64,000 bases of DNA from assembly GCA_016748015.1 (NCBI GenBank), contig JAAOMT010000617.1, positions 442,635-506,634 of the forward strand, given 5' to 3'. A program made the translations under genes and the position numbers. Shown in pieces: positions 59,871 through 64,000 of this stretch. The DNA comes from Geosiphon pyriformis uo1 (lineage: Eukaryota > Fungi > Glomeromycota). Each line of letters opens with the position of its first letter. Positions within the stretch are counted from its first letter, which is position 1. The notes beneath the pieces were generated by a model that made no database searches, was not told the origin of the DNA, and saw only the letters and a list, made by a program, of their open reading frames with translations.

Positions 59871-62800
59871 TATTTATTTATTTATTTTTTTATTACGTTT
59901 AATAAGTGAAGTCCAAACGCGATCTAAGACTATACATCACATAAATGATCTAAACTAGAAGTGAATTATGCATTTTCTACACGTGACTAGCCACTCAGGC
60001 CAATCAGAACAACACTACACACCTATCTTAACAGAGACAAGATCCCTTATACCTGAAAAAAACAAACAAGATTTACGAAAACCAAAACTAATACCAAAAG
60101 CCTCAATGACACCCAACAATCTGACCACACTAGCTGAAAGCACTGCAGATAGACCAGGAACTAGGGCAGGAATGGAGCCATCACGAGGAATAAGTCTATT
60201 CCTTTTCATAAAAGCTCAGTGTTTGGCACGAACTAGCCAAAATTCATCATGAAATGTGAGGCAAAACTCGCGTACAAAACACACAATATTCGAAGCCACA
60301 ACCTTAGTATTCTTAAAGACCAAGAGGAATTTATGGTACCAATTATCAAAAACAAAACCCTTACACAAAGTAGTACTAATTGTAGCATCGGAAGAACAAG
60401 AGGCTAACAACTGCGAGACACATGAAGTAGATCGAAAGAGGCCAGATCACGTTTTTCAAAGAGATACATGAGTGTCCAAAAACTGAACATAACCAGCAGT
60501 CTCGAAAGGACAAACAAAAACATGGTCCGAAAACTTTACATCACCACAGAACAAACACACCACATTGGGGTAGCACTTATTATACAAATGCTTACGCACA
60601 GTGACAGGAAGCTGATGATAGAGAGATTTCATAAAGTATGTCTGAAAACAAGCAGTACATGCACTAGTAAAACCAGCAGCCAAGTGAGAATTAGAGTGCC
60701 AAACCATGGAAAACTTAGACCAGTTAACACCATCATGCAAACCAGCTGCCAAGACTCAGGAACCAGAACCAACCTCCCAATGTGCACAAAGAATAGACTG
60801 AAACACATTACAAACAAAGTGCCTAGAATTACCAGAAACCATATTATCTCCAGCCTTCAAAAAATGTTTACTGACCAAATATGGCAAATGCCAAGTAGAA
60901 AGTGCCACATCTTTAGCTAGCTCATCTGCATGCTCATTGCCTGAAATGCCCAAATGACTCTTAACTTTAATCCAATTCACAGTCAAATTCTTATGATAAA
61001 TTACATTAGCAATATAGCAACGCTCTATCCAACAATGATTCTTAAAGTCTGGACGAGCCAACAATGATTCCGACTTGTATGCATCCAAAGCTACTTGGTT
61101 ATCTGAGAACAAATCAACTGCACAAAAAGAAGGAACACACTCAAGAGCCAAAGCAATGGTCTACAATTCAGACATAGTAGAAGAAACCAGACCAGACACC
61201 CCCACACCCAAACCAGAATTAATGTCCTCAAAAAATACTGCAGCCCCAGCTTTCATGGTAACAGTCTCCAAACCACTCAGAGACTCATCCATGTACACAA
61301 AAAAGTGGGCAGCATCAGTGGCTGACAGATTGTCACAGATAACACCAAAAATGTGAGATTGACGAACATCAGACAGAGCAGAATTTGTCACAAGAGAGAA
61401 GCACACAGGAGGAGAAACAACACCACCAAGAAAACACACAGAAAAATCAAACCAGAAAGGAACTGGGCCACAGGGGTCCAACCTCTTCCAACGCTTGAAC
61501 ATTTGCCAACTAAAAACAACACCATTTTAATCTCATAACTGTTTCACAAAAGCAATACCATATTACTTAAGTAAAGGGGCACATCTCAGAAAATTGACTT
61601 CACCAAGAACAAGAGACATAGGAGTACCACTCCGACGACAGAAAGCACAGACCAGAGATCTGCCTAGAGACAGATCACATCTGGAGAAAATATGAACCAC
61701 ACCTGCTAAAAAATTATTTGAAAAACTAACACTAACACAAGCCGGAAACAGCAAGGGGTGACGGGGATGCCAGCTGAGAACCTGGAGGTTGTGAGACCTA
61801 TGAGAAAATAAGTGGCCCAAAATACCAACTGAATTTGCAAAAGCAATGATGGAGGCCAATTTGCTTTCTGTCTGAATTTGTTCAAAAGTCTTCAAACCAT
61901 ACAAGGAAAAATGATGAAGTGCATCATTGGGGAAATCAAGTGGCAGCCCAAACTTAGACTTCAAGTCTTTGTGAATCAGAGCATTCCATTTATCACACAC
62001 ACTAACAGAAACAAAGCTGAACTGAGTTCTGTAGCTGATGATAGGGAACAACACAGCAGAAACTAAATAACTGAATTGCTTATCCGAGATGGTCTTTTTC
62101 AGAACAAGGTTGACAAAAATCGGACATCTGAATGGGCCTTGGCCAAGCTGGGCACCAAAAGACCATTAAAGGACAAAAAAATACCAAGATAACAATAAGA
62201 TTCACTTTTTTTGACTATGGAAATAGGTGAGTCACTGACAGTCAGGTAAGGGGTCTCAACCTGGCAGTTGACGGGAATAGCCACAGTCTTGTCATTGTTA
62301 ATCAAAATGTCATTAATCTTGAAGAACTCACTAGTAACATCCAGAATGTGTTGTGTAGCAGTCTGGCTGCTACCAACCCAGATGGTATCATCCACAAAAG
62401 CACCAGCTGCAAAAAATGACGTCAAACCAGCCTGAGATTCTACATGGCCAGTATTGAAAACGAAATGTGAATTCAACTTGTAACCACACATCTCCCCTTG
62501 CCTCTTGATCTCACACATAAGTGAATCATAAAATATGTGCCAGAGAAATGGTGAGAAAACTTCACTTTGATCCAAACCATCATGAACTACATACCCATCA
62601 GTCAAGCCAAAATTAGTCATCACCCTGTTCTTGCGATTATTGTGGATGTTACCAAAAAATCTAATGAACCTGTTACACATTTTAATCCTGATCAAACTCC
62701 TCTCAAGATGTTTCCAACCAACCGAATCATACACTTTGCACATGTTCTATAATACCAGCCACAGCTCCCTGTTTTTTTCCAAGACATTCTCGACCACAGA

Positions 62801-64000
62801 ACCAACAGCAAAAATGGGCAACTGCATTGTCGTATCCTTTAAAACAGAAAAATTGTCCCCTTGCAAAATGTCAAACTCACTGTAAGCCAAAGATATCATG
62901 TCCGACAAGATTTTGGAAAAGATCTTGTGGGCTGTTTCAATCAAAGCAATAGGATGAGTGTTCATGAGAACACCCTCCCATTCATAGGGTTTAGGAATCA
63001 TCGAAACCCAGGCTTCCCTCCAAAGACCAGACACCAACTCACAAACTAGGCAGAGATTTAGAAGCACCAAAAGCATATCCAGAACCACTCTGTTACAATG
63101 CTTCTATAATTTATTAGAGATGCCAGAAAAACCAACTGCTTTTCCATCAGGCAAACTCAAAATGACACTAAACATTTCACCAAAACTAATCGATTCCATA
63201 ACACCAGAGAAAACACCATCAAAAATATAGTTCAAAGGCCGAAATTGGCATCTCCAATCATCAGAAAAGTCCAAAACCACTAACCGCCTCTTAGTCCATC
63301 TCTCCATAATCTCATTCACTTTAGATTTAACCAGCTTAGGTTCTAAAACCAACTCATCATCCATTACCAAATAATCCAACACTACCTTGTGAAATGGATG
63401 CTCCAAAACACTTCTAATAGTATGACTCTTGTCCAACTCAAAGCTTTTCATCCTACTCTCAATGGTCTGTCTTATACGAGATTCCTCAGCACGTCTAGAT
63501 TCCAGCATCTTAGAAGAATGATAAGACTTTCTTGTCTTAGCCAGCTCAAAGTGAATACCATTAAAACCAAACTCTGAAAGGAAAAGAGACTTCACTGACA
63601 AAGCGCCAGCAGAGTCAAGCCTGTCTCATGTATTCAACAACAGAGCAAAATTACCTCCAGATGTCAAACGAGAAGCCTTTACCAGCTTAGAAACTAGCAA
63701 CTCCAGCCCATGAAACCTAGAAGACATCTTATTGAAAACACTGTCAAAACCTTTGAACCATTTTTTCTTGAAAGTTTCACCTGCCAAAAGAACCATAATT
63801 TTGCAAATAATGTTCCACATCGTATCCAAATCCGAAAATTTCTCAGCCACAACAAACACATCTGAGAACATAGAAGCATTGGCAGTTGTACCATCTCTGA
63901 ACTCAGCCCACTTCAACTCATTTGCATTCTTGACATCAAACTTCCAGCAATCTTTGTTGGCCTGCTTACATATCGAAGAAAGCCTTGTATCCAACAAACC
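59871..64000 (-). mobile_element. Second LINE copy, same family as 37858-45473; 5' part outside window
   Basis: ORF2 fragments homologous to copy 1; tail of an A-run then (TAAA)n at 59871-59891. Confidence 0.95.
60015..64000 (-). pseudogene. LINE ORF2 (RT, RNase H, CCHC), decayed
   Basis: FVDD in ORF 62099-62743; KVKSH..GNEHAD; CLFC; stop at 60015. Confidence 0.95.

Overview
Eukaryotic, very AT-rich and CpG-depleted, transposon-dominated window. It is most likely fungal and resembles Glomeromycota such as Geosiphon, but that is recollection and not verified. Most of it is a nested pile of decayed retroelements. There are two related Ty3/Gypsy LTR families. Family A: 1-1234 (partial), 19129-26704 (internally deleted), 47429-57001 (near full length). 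Family B: 1235-2759, 2760-7605, 7606-14323+33730-35265, 14981-33516. There are also three solo LTRs (14324-14980+33517-33729, 26886-27731, 38381-39254), two RNase H-containing LINEs (37858-45473 +, 59871-64000 -), and extremely AT-rich relics that resolve into ORF1-only LINE derivatives. One apparently intact host gene (five exons, 57719-59270 -) encodes a disordered protein with a PIP box and several PIP-like repeats. Main findings: (1) both Gypsy families appear tricistronic, with Gag-PR-Cys-rich-dUTPase-RT-RNaseH, then a stand-alone integrase ORF with its own ATG, then a conserved ~211-aa non-Env ORF of unknown function abutting the PPT; (2) an ORF1-only non-autonomous LINE shares its stop codon and 3' tail with the autonomous LINE; (3) all nine LTR insertion sites have a central YR step (CG/CA/TG, or TA from an inferred CG), and the six with both ends visible show 4-bp TSDs; (4) the LTRs contain covarying RNA stem-loops. 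All alignments were done by eye; no searches were run.
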